Source: Longimicrobiales bacterium (GTDB lineage Bacteria > Gemmatimonadota > Gemmatimonadetes > Longimicrobiales > Gaopeijiaceae). Taken from it: a DNA stretch of 64,000 bases. A program made the position numbers and the translations under genes. A model generated the notes under the pieces. The model was not told where the DNA came from and did not search any database. It was given only the letters and a program-made list of their open reading frames with translations. Positions 9,346 through 22,557 of this stretch are shown piece after piece (within the stretch, counting starts at the first letter, position 1; each line of letters starts with the position of its first letter). Where the stretch lies: the NCBI GenBank assembly GCA_041690395.1, contig JAWLHJ010000002.1, positions 96,001 through 160,000 of the forward strand, given 5' to 3'.

Positions 9346-9375
9346 AGGCTAATAGTGACGCGGCTTTGCGGTCAA
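9346..9375 (-). promoter_or_regulatory. Putative sigma70 promoter of trpD
   Basis: Minus strand reads TTGACC, an 18 nt spacer, then TAGCCT. Confidence 0.4.
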
Positions 9376-9395
9376 TCTCGAGCCGCTTCGGTCGC

Positions 9396-9423
9396 TTGAC
9401 ATGCCCCGCCTCCCGCCTACCTT
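9396..9423 (+). promoter_or_regulatory. Putative sigma70 promoter of the truA-pur operon (leaderless arrangement)
   Basis: TTGACA (9396-9401), a 16 nt spacer, then TACCTT (9418-9423), 6 nt before the GTG start. No SD is present. Confidence 0.6.
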
Positions 9424-9429
9424 TCCGCA

Positions 9430-10236
9430 GTGGATCCCTCCGACACGACGCGGCTCAAGCTCACCGTGCATTACGACGGTTCGGCCTTTCACGGCTGGCA
9501 GTACCAACCCGATCAGCGCACGGTCCAGGGTGAGCTCGAGGCCACCCTCACCCGACTTGCGAACAGCCCGCGCGTCGCGGTGGGCTCCGGCCGAACCGAC
9601 ACCGGAGTTCACGCCACTGGACAGGTCGTCTCCGTGGACATGCCGGCACGCTGGGACCCGCCCGCGCTTCGCAAGGCGCTCAACGCGACCCTCCCCCGCG
9701 ACATCTGGATCGAGGACGTGGACGAAGCACCGCCGGGCTTCCATCCACGGTTCGACGCGGTCGCACGCACCTACCGCTACGACGTCGGCACGGACGCGCT
9801 CGCGGGCTCGCCGTTCCATCGACGGTGGTGCTGGGCGCTCGGCGAGCCTCTCGACCACGGCGTGTTGCGCCGGCTCGCGGAGGCCCTTCCGGGGACCCAC
9901 TCGTTCCGGTCGTTCTCGAAGAGCGGGCAACCGGAGCGCGGATACGACTGCAGGGTGGAGCACACGTCGTGGTCTCCATGGGAGCTCGGCTTTCGCTTCG
10001 AGATCACCGCGAACCGCTACCTCCACCACATGGTTCGATACCTCGTGGGAACGATGATCGACATCGGTCGCGGCAAGCGGCCCGAGCAGGACCTCAGAGC
10101 CCTACTGGAAGGCGATCCCGACCTCGTCACCTCCCCTCCCGCGCCACCCGAGGGGCTCTTCCTTACGCTAGTGGAGTATCCATCCGGCTCCCCCACCGCG
10201 GCCGAGCCGACAACCCGGAGCGACATCGAAGCATGA
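9430..10236 (+). CDS. truA: tRNA pseudouridine(38-40) synthase
   Basis: YDGSAFHGWQ, GRTDTGVHA (catalytic Asp), HHMVR and APPEGLFL motifs. Confidence 0.95.
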   Translation: MDPSDTTRLKLTVHYDGSAFHGWQYQPDQRTVQGELEATLTRLANSPRVAVGSGRTDTGVHATGQVVSVDMPARWDPPALRKALNATLPRDIWIEDVDEAPPGFHPRFDAVARTYRYDVGTDALAGSPFHRRWCWALGEPLDHGVLRRLAEALPGTHSFRSFSKSGQPERGYDCRVEHTSWSPWELGFRFEITANRYLHHMVRYLVGTMIDIGRGKRPEQDLRALLEGDPDLVTSPPAPPEGLFLTLVEYPSGSPTAAEPTTRSDIEA

Positions 10237-10889
10237 AGATCTTCCTCGACACAGCCGACCTGAACGAGATTCGCCGTGCCGCCGACGCCAACCTGATCGA
10301 CGGCGTGACGACCAACCCCTCCCTCGTGTCGAAGATCGCGGGCGACCGTGACCCCAAGGAGATCTACCTCGAGATCTGCGAGGCGGTCTCGGGACCGGTC
10401 AGCCTCGAGGTCGTAGGGGTGGACCGCGAGACGATGGTCGCCGAGGGGAAGAAGCTGGCCGCCATCCACGAGAACGCCGTGGTCAAGGTGCCGCTCACGG
10501 AGGACGGGCTGAAAGCGTGCCGCGACCTCGTGAACGCCGGGCACCGGGTCAACGTCACCCTCTGCTTCTCGGTCTCCCAGGCGCTGCTCGCGGCCAAGGC
10601 GGGGGCGACCTACATCTCGCCGTTCGTCGGGCGCATCGACGACATCTCCGGAGAGGGGATGGCGCTGATCCACCAGATCCGTCAGGTGTACGACAACTAC
10701 GGGTTCGACACGGAGATCCTGGCGGCTTCGCTCCGCCATCCCACGCACGTGGTGGAATGCATGCTCATCGGCGCCGACTGCTGCACGCTGCCGCCGAAGG
10801 TGCTCTGGCAGCTCGGAAAGCATCCGCTGACCGACAAGGGGCTCGAGGGCTTCCTTGCAGACTGGGACAAGCTGGACGCGAAGCTCTGA
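10233..10889 (+). CDS. tal: Transaldolase (small Tal/FSA family)
   Basis: IFLDTA, GVTTNPSL, VVKVP (Schiff-base Lys) and VNVTL motifs. SLEV (Glu) and SPFVGR (Phe) favour transaldolase over FSA. ATGA overlap with truA. Confidence 0.9.
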   Translation: MKIFLDTADLNEIRRAADANLIDGVTTNPSLVSKIAGDRDPKEIYLEICEAVSGPVSLEVVGVDRETMVAEGKKLAAIHENAVVKVPLTEDGLKACRDLVNAGHRVNVTLCFSVSQALLAAKAGATYISPFVGRIDDISGEGMALIHQIRQVYDNYGFDTEILAASLRHPTHVVECMLIGADCCTLPPKVLWQLGKHPLTDKGLEGFLADWDKLDAKL

Positions 10890-10926
10890 GACACGAGACC
10901 GCGCGCGTGACGAAGGAGGAATCGAC

Positions 10927-12333
10927 ATGAACCGGTGGATGCTGAGGTCGTTGGCGGCCCTGACGGTCTGGGGGGCGGCCGCATGCGGTTCCGCGGACGC
11001 CCTGGACGCGGCGCAGTCGGCGCCCTCCGACCCGTCGGCCCAGCGCACCCAGGTCCTGGACCAGACCCGGGCCACCGCCATCGTGCGGGCCGCCGACCGC
11101 GTCGCTCCGGCGGTCGTGAGCATCAGCGTCATCCGCACCCAGCGTGTGCAGGCCCGGAGCGCCTGGGAGAGCTTCTTCCTGCCGCCGAACGCCCAGCGGC
11201 GGAGTGCCGGCTTCGGTTCCGGGGTCATCGTGCGGCCCGAAGGGATCGTGCTCACCAACGACCACGTCATCCGGGACGCCTCGAGGATCCAGGTCTCACT
11301 CGCGGACGGGCGTGACTTCGAGGCCGAGCTCGTGGGCACCGACCCGGTGGCCGACATCGCGGTTCTCCGCATCGACGGGAGCGACCTTCCCGTCGCGCCC
11401 GTCGGCACGGTGAGTGGACTGATGATCGGCGAGTGGGCCATCGCCATCGGGAATCCCCTGGGGAACTACGCCGCCGACGTCGAGCCGACCGTGACGGCCG
11501 GGGTGGTGTCGGCGGTCAACCGGAACATCACGCCCTCGTCGGACGGCCAGGGCTTCTACTTCGGCATGATCCAGACCGACGCCTCCATCAATCCCGGCAA
11601 CTCCGGCGGGCCGCTCGTGAACGCGCTCGGCGAGATCATCGGCATCAACGCGTCGATCATCTCGCGGAGCGGCGGGAGCGAAGGGCTCGGTTTCGCGATC
11701 CCGATCGACCGGGCCATGCGTATCGCCGACGACCTGGTCCGCTTCGGCGAGATCCGGCGGGCGTGGGTCGGGCTCGACGTGGAGCCCGTCGAAGCAGACG
11801 CCTGGGGCCGCACGCGTGGCGTGCGGGTCAGCCGGGTCGCCCCGGGTTCGCCGGCCGACCGGGCCGCTCTCGAGGTCGGCGACCGCCTGCTCGAGGCCAA
11901 CGGCCGGGTGCTCGCCGGCCCCCTGGACTTCGAAGGGCTGATCATGGATCTCCGCGAGGGAGACCGGCTCGAGCTCTCCCTGGAGGGTCAGCGCCGGGCC
12001 ATCGTCCTGGAGGCGGTGGCCTTCCCGTCCGTAACCGCGGAGCGGGTGCGGGTGCTGAGCGACATCGAGCTGATCACGGTCACCCCGCAGATCCAGGTCG
12101 AGCGAAACCTTACGAGCGCGGACGGCGCGCTCATCGCCGACATTTCGAGCGAGTTGCAGAGCCAGCTCGGGCTCGGGCCCGGCGACGTGATCGTGCAGAT
12201 CAACCGCATGCGGATCCGAAGCGCCGAGGACGCGGCGACCGCCTTCGAGTCCCTGCGTGGGACCGGCCGCATCGTCATGTATTTCGAGCGGAACGGTGAC
12301 TACAACATGCGCAACTTCTACTGGAGTCGATGA
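10927..12333 (+). CDS. HtrA/DegP-like serine protease with two PDZ domains, probable lipoprotein
   Basis: Catalytic triad motifs TNDHV, DIAVL and NPGNSGGPL; AAACG lipobox-like signal; SD GGAGG before ATG 10927. Confidence 0.92.
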   Translation: MNRWMLRSLAALTVWGAAACGSADALDAAQSAPSDPSAQRTQVLDQTRATAIVRAADRVAPAVVSISVIRTQRVQARSAWESFFLPPNAQRRSAGFGSGVIVRPEGIVLTNDHVIRDASRIQVSLADGRDFEAELVGTDPVADIAVLRIDGSDLPVAPVGTVSGLMIGEWAIAIGNPLGNYAADVEPTVTAGVVSAVNRNITPSSDGQGFYFGMIQTDASINPGNSGGPLVNALGEIIGINASIISRSGGSEGLGFAIPIDRAMRIADDLVRFGEIRRAWVGLDVEPVEADAWGRTRGVRVSRVAPGSPADRAALEVGDRLLEANGRVLAGPLDFEGLIMDLREGDRLELSLEGQRRAIVLEAVAFPSVTAERVRVLSDIELITVTPQIQVERNLTSADGALIADISSELQSQLGLGPGDVIVQINRMRIRSAEDAATAFESLRGTGRIVMYFERNGDYNMRNFYWSR

Positions 12334-13782
12334 GTGAGCCCCGGGACCCCCGACAGCTACGTCCACCCGCTCTCCGACCGATACGCGTCGCGCGAGATGC
12401 AGGAGATCTTCTCGCCCGCCAGGCGCTTCGGAACGTGGCGGCGTCTATGGCTCGCGCTCGCCGAATCGGAGGCCGAGCTCGGGCTCGACATCTCGGCCGA
12501 GGCACTCGAGCAGATGCGCGCCCATCTCGACGACATCGACCTCGAAGCCGCCGCCGAGTACGAGCGGCGGTTCCGCCACGACGTCATGGCGCACGTCCAC
12601 CTCTTCGGTGATGCCGCGCCGGCCGCCCGCGGGATCATCCACCTCGGGGCCACGAGCGCGTTCATCGGCGACAACACCGACCTGATCCTGTCCCGCGAGG
12701 CCCTCCGGCTCGTCCGCACCCGCCTCGTGCGGTGCGTGACCGCCCTCGCCGGCTTCGCGCGTGAGCACGCCCGCCTCGCAACGCTCGGCTACACGCACTT
12801 CCAGCCGGCGCAGCCCACGACCGTCGGAAAGCGCGCGACGCTGTGGATCCAGGACCTCCTCCTGGACATCGAGGAGCTCGACCACCGGATCGGCGTCCTC
12901 CGCTCGCGCGGGGTCCGCGGGACGACCGGCACGCAGGCGTCGTTCCTCGAGCTCTTCGGAGGCGACCACGACAAGGTCGACCGCCTCGACGAGGCCGTCG
13001 GACGCAAGATGGGCTTCGAGCAGACCTATCCGGTGAGCGGGCAGACCTACCCGCGCAAGGTCGACTACGCCGTCCAGGCCTCCCTGGCGGGCGTCGCGGC
13101 GTCGGTCTCCAAGATCGGGCACGACCTGCGGCTCCTGGCCCACCTCCGCGAGGTGGAGGAGCCGTTCGAGTCCGAGCAGATCGGCTCCTCCGCGATGCCG
13201 TACAAGCGGAACCCGATGCGCGCCGAGCGCATCTGCGCGCTGACACGGCACGTGATCGTTTTGGCCCAGGATCCGGCGTTCACCGCGGCGACGCAGTGGC
13301 TCGAACGCACGCTCGACGACTCGGCGAACCGCCGCGTGTCCACGCCCGACGCCTTTCTGGCCCTGGACGGCGCCCTGGTTCTCCTCGAGAACGTCGCGCG
13401 CGGGCTGATCGTGAACCCCGAGGTCGTGCGACGTAATCTGGCGGAGCACCTCCCGTTCATGGCGACCGAGACCATCCTGATGCACGCGGTGCGGCGAGGC
13501 GGGGACCGGCAGGAGCTGCACGAGCGGATCCGGAAGCACTCCATGGCGGCGGCGCGTCGCATGAAGGACGAGGGCGCGGACGCCGACCTCCTGGAGCGCA
13601 TCGCCGGCGACGACGCCTTCGGCCTCTCGGCCGGAGAGCTGGCCGAGCTGGTCGACCCCATGCGCTTCGTCGGGCGCGCTCCCGAGCAGGTCGAGCGCTT
13701 CCTGGAGCGCGACGTGGCACCCGTCCTGGAGCGGCTCGGGGACGCCGCCGACGCGGTGGCCGATCCCGAGATCCATGTCTGA
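12334..13782 (+). CDS. purB: Adenylosuccinate lyase
   Basis: RHDVMAH, HLGATS, THFQPAQ and GSSAMPYKRNP signatures. Confidence 0.96.
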   Translation: MSPGTPDSYVHPLSDRYASREMQEIFSPARRFGTWRRLWLALAESEAELGLDISAEALEQMRAHLDDIDLEAAAEYERRFRHDVMAHVHLFGDAAPAARGIIHLGATSAFIGDNTDLILSREALRLVRTRLVRCVTALAGFAREHARLATLGYTHFQPAQPTTVGKRATLWIQDLLLDIEELDHRIGVLRSRGVRGTTGTQASFLELFGGDHDKVDRLDEAVGRKMGFEQTYPVSGQTYPRKVDYAVQASLAGVAASVSKIGHDLRLLAHLREVEEPFESEQIGSSAMPYKRNPMRAERICALTRHVIVLAQDPAFTAATQWLERTLDDSANRRVSTPDAFLALDGALVLLENVARGLIVNPEVVRRNLAEHLPFMATETILMHAVRRGGDRQELHERIRKHSMAAARRMKDEGADADLLERIAGDDAFGLSAGELAELVDPMRFVGRAPEQVERFLERDVAPVLERLGDAADAVADPEIHV

Positions 13783-14737
13783 CGGCCCGGGAGGCGCGGC
13801 GACGCCGCTCAAGGAGTCCCGCCTGGACCTTCCCCTGCTCCACCGGGGCAAGGTGCGCGACGTCTACGAGGTCGACGACGAGACGCTCCTGATGGTCGCG
13901 AGCGACCGGGTCAGCGCGTTCGACGTGGTCATGCGGCAGCCGGTCCCACGGAAGGGGGAGGTGCTGACGCTGATCACCGCATGGTGGCTCGAGCAGCTCG
14001 AGCACATCGTGCCCCACCACCTCATCGCCGTCGATCCCGACCGCATCGTCGCCCGGCATCCGCGGCTGGCGAAGACGCGGGACCAGTGGGCCCGTCGAGC
14101 CATGCTCGTCCACCGGACGGATCCCGTGCTCGTCGAGTGCGTGGTGCGTGGCTACATCTCGGGCTCGGCCTGGAAGGAGTACGAGCGTGACGGAACGCTC
14201 GCGGGCGAGCCGCTCCGGGAGGGCCTCCGCGAGAGCGACCGCCTCGACCCGCCGGTCTTCTCTCCGGCGACGAAGGCCCAGGAAGGGCACGACGAGAACA
14301 TCGACTTCGGAAGCATGTGCGAGATCGTGGGAAGCGAGCCGGCGACCCACCTGCGGGACCTCTCGCTCGAGATCTACGCCTACGGCCGTGACGTGGCCGC
14401 CAAGCACGGGATCATCCTGGCCGACACCAAGTTCGAGTTCGGCCGCGACCCATGGGGCAACCTCATCATCATCGACGAGGTCATGACCCCGGACTCCTCG
14501 CGATTCTGGCCCGAGGAGCACTATGCGGTCGGTCGCGGACAACCCTCGCTCGACAAGCAGCCCATCCGCGACTGGCTCGACGCCCTGGACGGTTGGGACA
14601 AGACGCCGCCGCCGCCGGACCTTCCCCCGGACGTCGTGAGCGCCGCCTCGGAGCGGTACCGCCACGTCTTCGAGCGGCTGGTCGGGGTGAGCCTCGACGA
14701 CTACCCGCTGCCGTTGTTCGGGGACGACCGGACATGA
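13775..14737 (+). CDS. purC: SAICAR synthetase
   Basis: GKVRDVY, SDRVSAFD, ECVVRGY, ADTKFEFG and TPDSSRFW motifs. Confidence 0.96.
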   Translation: MSDGPGGAATPLKESRLDLPLLHRGKVRDVYEVDDETLLMVASDRVSAFDVVMRQPVPRKGEVLTLITAWWLEQLEHIVPHHLIAVDPDRIVARHPRLAKTRDQWARRAMLVHRTDPVLVECVVRGYISGSAWKEYERDGTLAGEPLREGLRESDRLDPPVFSPATKAQEGHDENIDFGSMCEIVGSEPATHLRDLSLEIYAYGRDVAAKHGIILADTKFEFGRDPWGNLIIIDEVMTPDSSRFWPEEHYAVGRGQPSLDKQPIRDWLDALDGWDKTPPPPDLPPDVVSAASERYRHVFERLVGVSLDDYPLPLFGDDRT

Positions 14738-15657
14738 TGCCGCGCCCGCCCCGGCGAGAGACGCTCCAGCGGGGAGTCATCATCCTCCCGTCCGCGTTCA
14801 CGCTCGGCAACCTCTTCTTCGGGATCTACGCGCTGGTCGCGGCGTCGCGGGGGGACTTCGTCTGGGCGGGGTGGTTCATCGTCTTCGCCGCCACGCTGGA
14901 CATGCTCGACGGAAGCGTGGCGCGCTTCACCCGCACCGGCTCGAAGTTCGGCGCGGAGCTGGACTCGCTCGTCGACGCGATCTCGTTCGGGGTGGCGCCC
15001 GGCTTCATCATGTACCAGCTCTTCTTCGCCGACACGCAGTGGAGCTGGATCCTCTCGTTCGTCTATATCACGGCGGTGGTGGTACGCCTCGCCCGCTTCA
15101 ACGTCGAGCAGGGCGGCGAGGCCAAGCGCATCTTCCACGGCCTCCCCTCCCCCGCGGCGGGCGTGACGGTCGCGTCGTTCTATCCGTTCAGCCAGACCCC
15201 TTGGTTCCAGGCGAACCTGGCCCATCTTCCCTGGCAGCAGATCATGGGCGTGGGGCTGGTGCTCATCGGCGTGCTCATGGTGAGCCACGTGCCGTACACG
15301 AAGTTCCCGAAGATCGGGCTCCGGTCGGTGCGGGGAGTCACCATGACCGTCGTCGTGCTCGGCGCGCTGTTCGCCGCGCTCGCCGTCCCACGCTACTACT
15401 TTTTCCCTGCGGGCCTGCTCTACATCACCTGGGCGCTGGTCCGCTCGGTGCTCCTCGGGCTCCTCGACCGCCTCCCGGGCGGGGACCCGCTCCTCGACGA
15501 CGAGGATGGCGAAGACGAAGGGACCCGGGGGCGCAGCGTCGACTATCGGGACCTGGGTCCGGGCAGCCGCCGCCGGCACGTCGAAGAGGACGACGGCCAC
15601 GACATCGACATCGACATCCAACGCGAAGCCGACATCGGTCGGGAGGACCCGCTTTGA
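14734..15657 (+). CDS. pssA: CDP-diacylglycerol--serine O-phosphatidyltransferase (CDP-alcohol phosphatidyltransferase)
   Basis: DMLDGSVAR...[12 protein letters not shown]-alcohol motif, RLARFN and GLPSP; ATGA overlap with purC. Confidence 0.85.
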   Translation: MMPRPPRRETLQRGVIILPSAFTLGNLFFGIYALVAASRGDFVWAGWFIVFAATLDMLDGSVARFTRTGSKFGAELDSLVDAISFGVAPGFIMYQLFFADTQWSWILSFVYITAVVVRLARFNVEQGGEAKRIFHGLPSPAAGVTVASFYPFSQTPWFQANLAHLPWQQIMGVGLVLIGVLMVSHVPYTKFPKIGLRSVRGVTMTVVVLGALFAALAVPRYYFFPAGLLYITWALVRSVLLGLLDRLPGGDPLLDDEDGEDEGTRGRSVDYRDLGPGSRRRHVEEDDGHDIDIDIQREADIGREDPL

Positions 15658-15926
15658 GCCGCTACAGACTGGAAGTACTCGTGACCCCGAGGCCCGGCCT
15701 GCTCGATCCGCAGGGCAAGGCCGTCCACCACGCCCTCAACTCGCTCGGATGGGACGAGGTGTCCGACGTGCACGTCGGGAAGGCCATCCACATCGACGTC
15801 TCCGCCGCGTCCGAGACGGAGGCGATGGAGAAGGTCGACGCCATGTGCCGGAAGCTCCTTGCCAACCCGGTGACCGAGAACTACGAGGTGTCGGTGGTCG
15901 AGGCGCTGGAGGGCGCGGCCTCATGA
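15654..15926 (+). CDS. purS: FGAM synthase subunit PurS
   Basis: LLDPQGKAV and [11 protein letters not shown] motifs; the TTG start overlaps the pssA stop. Confidence 0.93.
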   Translation: MSRYRLEVLVTPRPGLLDPQGKAVHHALNSLGWDEVSDVHVGKAIHIDVSAASETEAMEKVDAMCRKLLANPVTENYEVSVVEALEGAAS

Positions 15927-16621
15927 AAGTCGCCGTGGTCACCTTCCCCGGCTCGAACTGCGACTACGACCTCTACAAGGCCGTCCAACAGGTGGACGGA
16001 TCGCCCGAGTTCGTGTGGCACCGGGACCGTGGGCTCGCCGCCTACGACGCCGTCCTGCTGCCGGGCGGCTTCTCCTACGGCGACTACCTCCGCCCGGGCG
16101 CCATCGCGCGCATGAGTCCGATCATGGACGACGTGATCGACTTCGCGAAGAAGGGCGGGCCGGTGCTCGGTATCTGCAACGGATTCCAGGTGCTGTGCGA
16201 GGCCGGGCTCCTTCCGGGCGCGCTCGTCCGGAACGCGGCGATCCGCTTCCGGAGCCACGATGTCTTCCTCCGCGTGGAGCGGACGGACACACCGTTCACG
16301 TCGGCGTACACCGACGGCCAGGTGCTCCGGATCCCCATCGCGCACGGCGACGGGAACTACGAAGCCGACGAGGAGACGCTGGCCCGCCTGGAAGCGGACC
16401 GCAGGGTTGTCTTCCGCTACACGGACGCGGGGGGCGAGACGACCGAGGCTTCCAACCCGAACGGGTCCCACGCGAACATCGCCGGAATCATCAACGAGCA
16501 GGGGAACGTGCTGGGTATGATGCCACACCCCGAGCGGGCGATGGAACCGGTCCTCGGGTCGACGGACGGAGTGGGCGTCTTCACTTCGCTCGTCGCGAGC
16601 CTTTCGGGCGCGGCCGGCTGA
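15923..16621 (+). CDS. purQ: FGAM synthase glutaminase subunit
   Basis: [25 protein letters not shown] and MMPHPER motifs. Confidence 0.96.
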   Translation: MKVAVVTFPGSNCDYDLYKAVQQVDGSPEFVWHRDRGLAAYDAVLLPGGFSYGDYLRPGAIARMSPIMDDVIDFAKKGGPVLGICNGFQVLCEAGLLPGALVRNAAIRFRSHDVFLRVERTDTPFTSAYTDGQVLRIPIAHGDGNYEADEETLARLEADRRVVFRYTDAGGETTEASNPNGSHANIAGIINEQGNVLGMMPHPERAMEPVLGSTDGVGVFTSLVASLSGAAG

Positions 16622-16654
16622 GCCGGCCCGACACGATCTGGAGAACGACACGTC

Positions 16655-18970
<2,316 letters not shown>

Positions 18971-18976
18971 AGTACC

Positions 18977-20412
<1,436 letters not shown>

Positions 20413-20416
<4 letters not shown>

Positions 20417-21408
20417 CGGCCACCGGGCCGTCCGACGCCCGGCTGCACGAGCTTCCCAAGGCCGAGCTGCACGTCCACCTGGACGGGTCGCTACGGCCCT
20501 CGACCATGATCGAGCTGGCGTCCGAGCGTGGCGTCCAGCTCCCCGCTTCCGACGCCGATGAGCTCGAGCGCCGTCTCGTCGCCGACGACGCGCGCAGCCT
20601 GGAGGACTACCTCTCGGCGTTCGAGGTCACGGTCTCGGTCATGCAGGATGCACCGGCCCTCGAGCGACTCGCCTACGAGCTCGCCGAGGATCAGGCGGCC
20701 GAGCACGTGCGTTACGCCGAGATCCGCTTCTGTCCGCTCCTGAACACGCAGGGTGGGCTCGTCCCGGACGAAGTGCTCACGGCCGTTCTCGCAGGGCTGG
20801 AGCGCGCGAGAGACCGGCTGGGCATCCACTCCCGCGTCATCGTGTGCGCGCTCCGGAACCTCCCGCCCTCATCGTCCGTCGAGTTGGCGGAGCTCGCCGT
20901 GTCGATGAAGGACCGCGGCGTGTGCGGCCTCGACCTGGCCGGACCGGAAGCCGGGCACCCGGTCCGGCCGCACGCGGAGGCGTTCGAGCTCGCCCGGCGG
21001 CACGGGCTCCCCGTGACCATCCACGCCGGCGAAGCCGCCGGGGCGGAGTCGATCCGGGAAGCCCTCGACGTGGGCCACGCGAGCCGCATCGGGCACGGCA
21101 CGCGGCTCTGGGAGGACCCGGAGCTGGCGCGGCGCGTGCTCGACGAGGGCGTCACCCTGGAGATATGCCTGACCTCGAACGTGCAGACGCGGGCGGTCGC
21201 GGCGTACGAGGCGCACCCGCTCCGGCGGTATTACGACCTCGGCCTACCGGTCGCACTGTGCACGGACAACCGGCTGGTGTCCGGGGTCACGCTCACCGGG
21301 GAGTACGCCCGGGCCCGCGACGCCCTCGACTTCTCGTGGGACGAGCTGTCCGAGATCGCCGCGACCGGCTTTCAACGCGCGTTCGGCCCCACGGACGAGG
21401 GGCCGTAG
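20413..21408 (+). CDS. add: Adenosine deaminase family protein
   Basis: PKAELHVHLDGS, HAGE, RIGHG, CLTSN and TDN motifs; the TTG start overlaps the purF stop. Confidence 0.88.
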
Positions 21409-21484
21409 CGGGCGAACCGGAAATGTGGCGGCCCGACTCGGGCGGACCGGAACTGGCGCCCCCGGCAGCCGGGCTCGCCGCCTG

Positions 21485-22495
21485 TCAGCCTTCCAGGTCC
21501 TCGCGCAGATAGCGCTCCGCAAGGTCGACGAACTCCGACGATCCGACGTAGAGCGGAGTCTTCTGGTGCAACGAGGTGGGCTCGATGCCCGAGATGTCGT
21601 TGCATCCGTCGGTCGCCCGACCACCCGCCTGCTCGGCGATCATGGCCATCGGCGCGGCCTCGTAGAGGAGGCGCAGCTTGCCGTCCGGCTTCTCGCGCTC
21701 TCCCGGGTACATGAAGATGCCGCCCTGCAGCAGGGTCCTGTGCACGTCCGAGACGAGAGAGCCGATGTAGCGGGACCCGAAGCCGCCGTCGGTCTTCATG
21801 TGGCTGACGAGCTTCTGCTGACCGCGCGCCCAACGGTGATAGTAGGCCTCGTTCACCGAGTAGACCTTCCGCGGTGGGTCGGGAAAGCACATCCGGGGAT
21901 GGCTGAGCAGGAATTCCCCGATCGACGGGTCCAGCGTGAAGCCGTGCACGCCCGCGCCGCTCGTGTAGACGAGCATGGTGGACGAGCCGTAGAGCACGTA
22001 TCCCGCGGCCACCTGGCGCGACCCGGGCTGCAGGCAGTCGTCGAGTGTTCCCCTTTCGCCCTTCGTGATCTTCCGGTGGATGCTGAAGATCGTCCCGATC
22101 GAGACGTTCACGTCGATGTTCGAGGATCCGTCGAGCGGGTCGAAGATCACGACGTAGTCGCCGGCCGGGAACTTGTCGGGGATCGGGATGAACGTTTCGT
22201 TCTCCTCCGAGGCCATGCACGCGACCAGCCCGGTATGGTCGAGGGCCCGGTACATGACCTGGTTGGCGAAGACGTCGAGCTTCTGCACCGTCTCGCCGTG
22301 CACGTTCTCGTTCCCGGCGGCACCCAGGATGTCGACCAGCCCGGCCTTGTTGACCTCTCGTGCGATCATCTTGGCCGCGAGCGCGATGTCGTGGAGCAGA
22401 TTCGTGAACTTGCCGGTCGCGTCGGGATGCTGCCGCTCCTGCTCGATCAGGAAACGGGAGATCGTGAACACGTGGCTGTCGGGCATCGTCGCCAT
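21485..22495 (-). CDS. fbp: Class 1 fructose-1,6-bisphosphatase
   Basis: [26 protein letters not shown] and KLRLLYE motifs. Confidence 0.96.
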   Translation of the reverse strand: MATMPDSHVFTISRFLIEQERQHPDATGKFTNLLHDIALAAKMIAREVNKAGLVDILGAAGNENVHGETVQKLDVFANQVMYRALDHTGLVACMASEENETFIPIPDKFPAGDYVVIFDPLDGSSNIDVNVSIGTIFSIHRKITKGERGTLDDCLQPGSRQVAAGYVLYGSSTMLVYTSGAGVHGFTLDPSIGEFLLSHPRMCFPDPPRKVYSVNEAYYHRWARGQQKLVSHMKTDGGFGSRYIGSLVSDVHRTLLQGGIFMYPGEREKPDGKLRLLYEAAPMAMIAEQAGGRATDGCNDISGIEPTSLHQKTPLYVGSSEFVDLAERYLREDLEG

Positions 22496-22528
22496 CGTTC
22501 TCTACGGCTGGGGGAAAGGAGGCAGACG

Positions 22529-22557
22529 ACGATAGGGATGGCCGGGGGGGCGGTCAA
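22529..22557 (-). promoter_or_regulatory. Putative sigma70 promoter of fbp
   Basis: Minus strand reads TTGACC, a 17 nt spacer, then TATCGT. Confidence 0.5.

Noticed and set aside
21409..21452. 14 bp imperfect direct repeat (CGGGCGAACCGGAA / CGGGCGGACCGGAA, 30 bp apart) between add and fbp
   Set aside because: Only two short GC-rich copies between convergent genes, too weak to assign a function.
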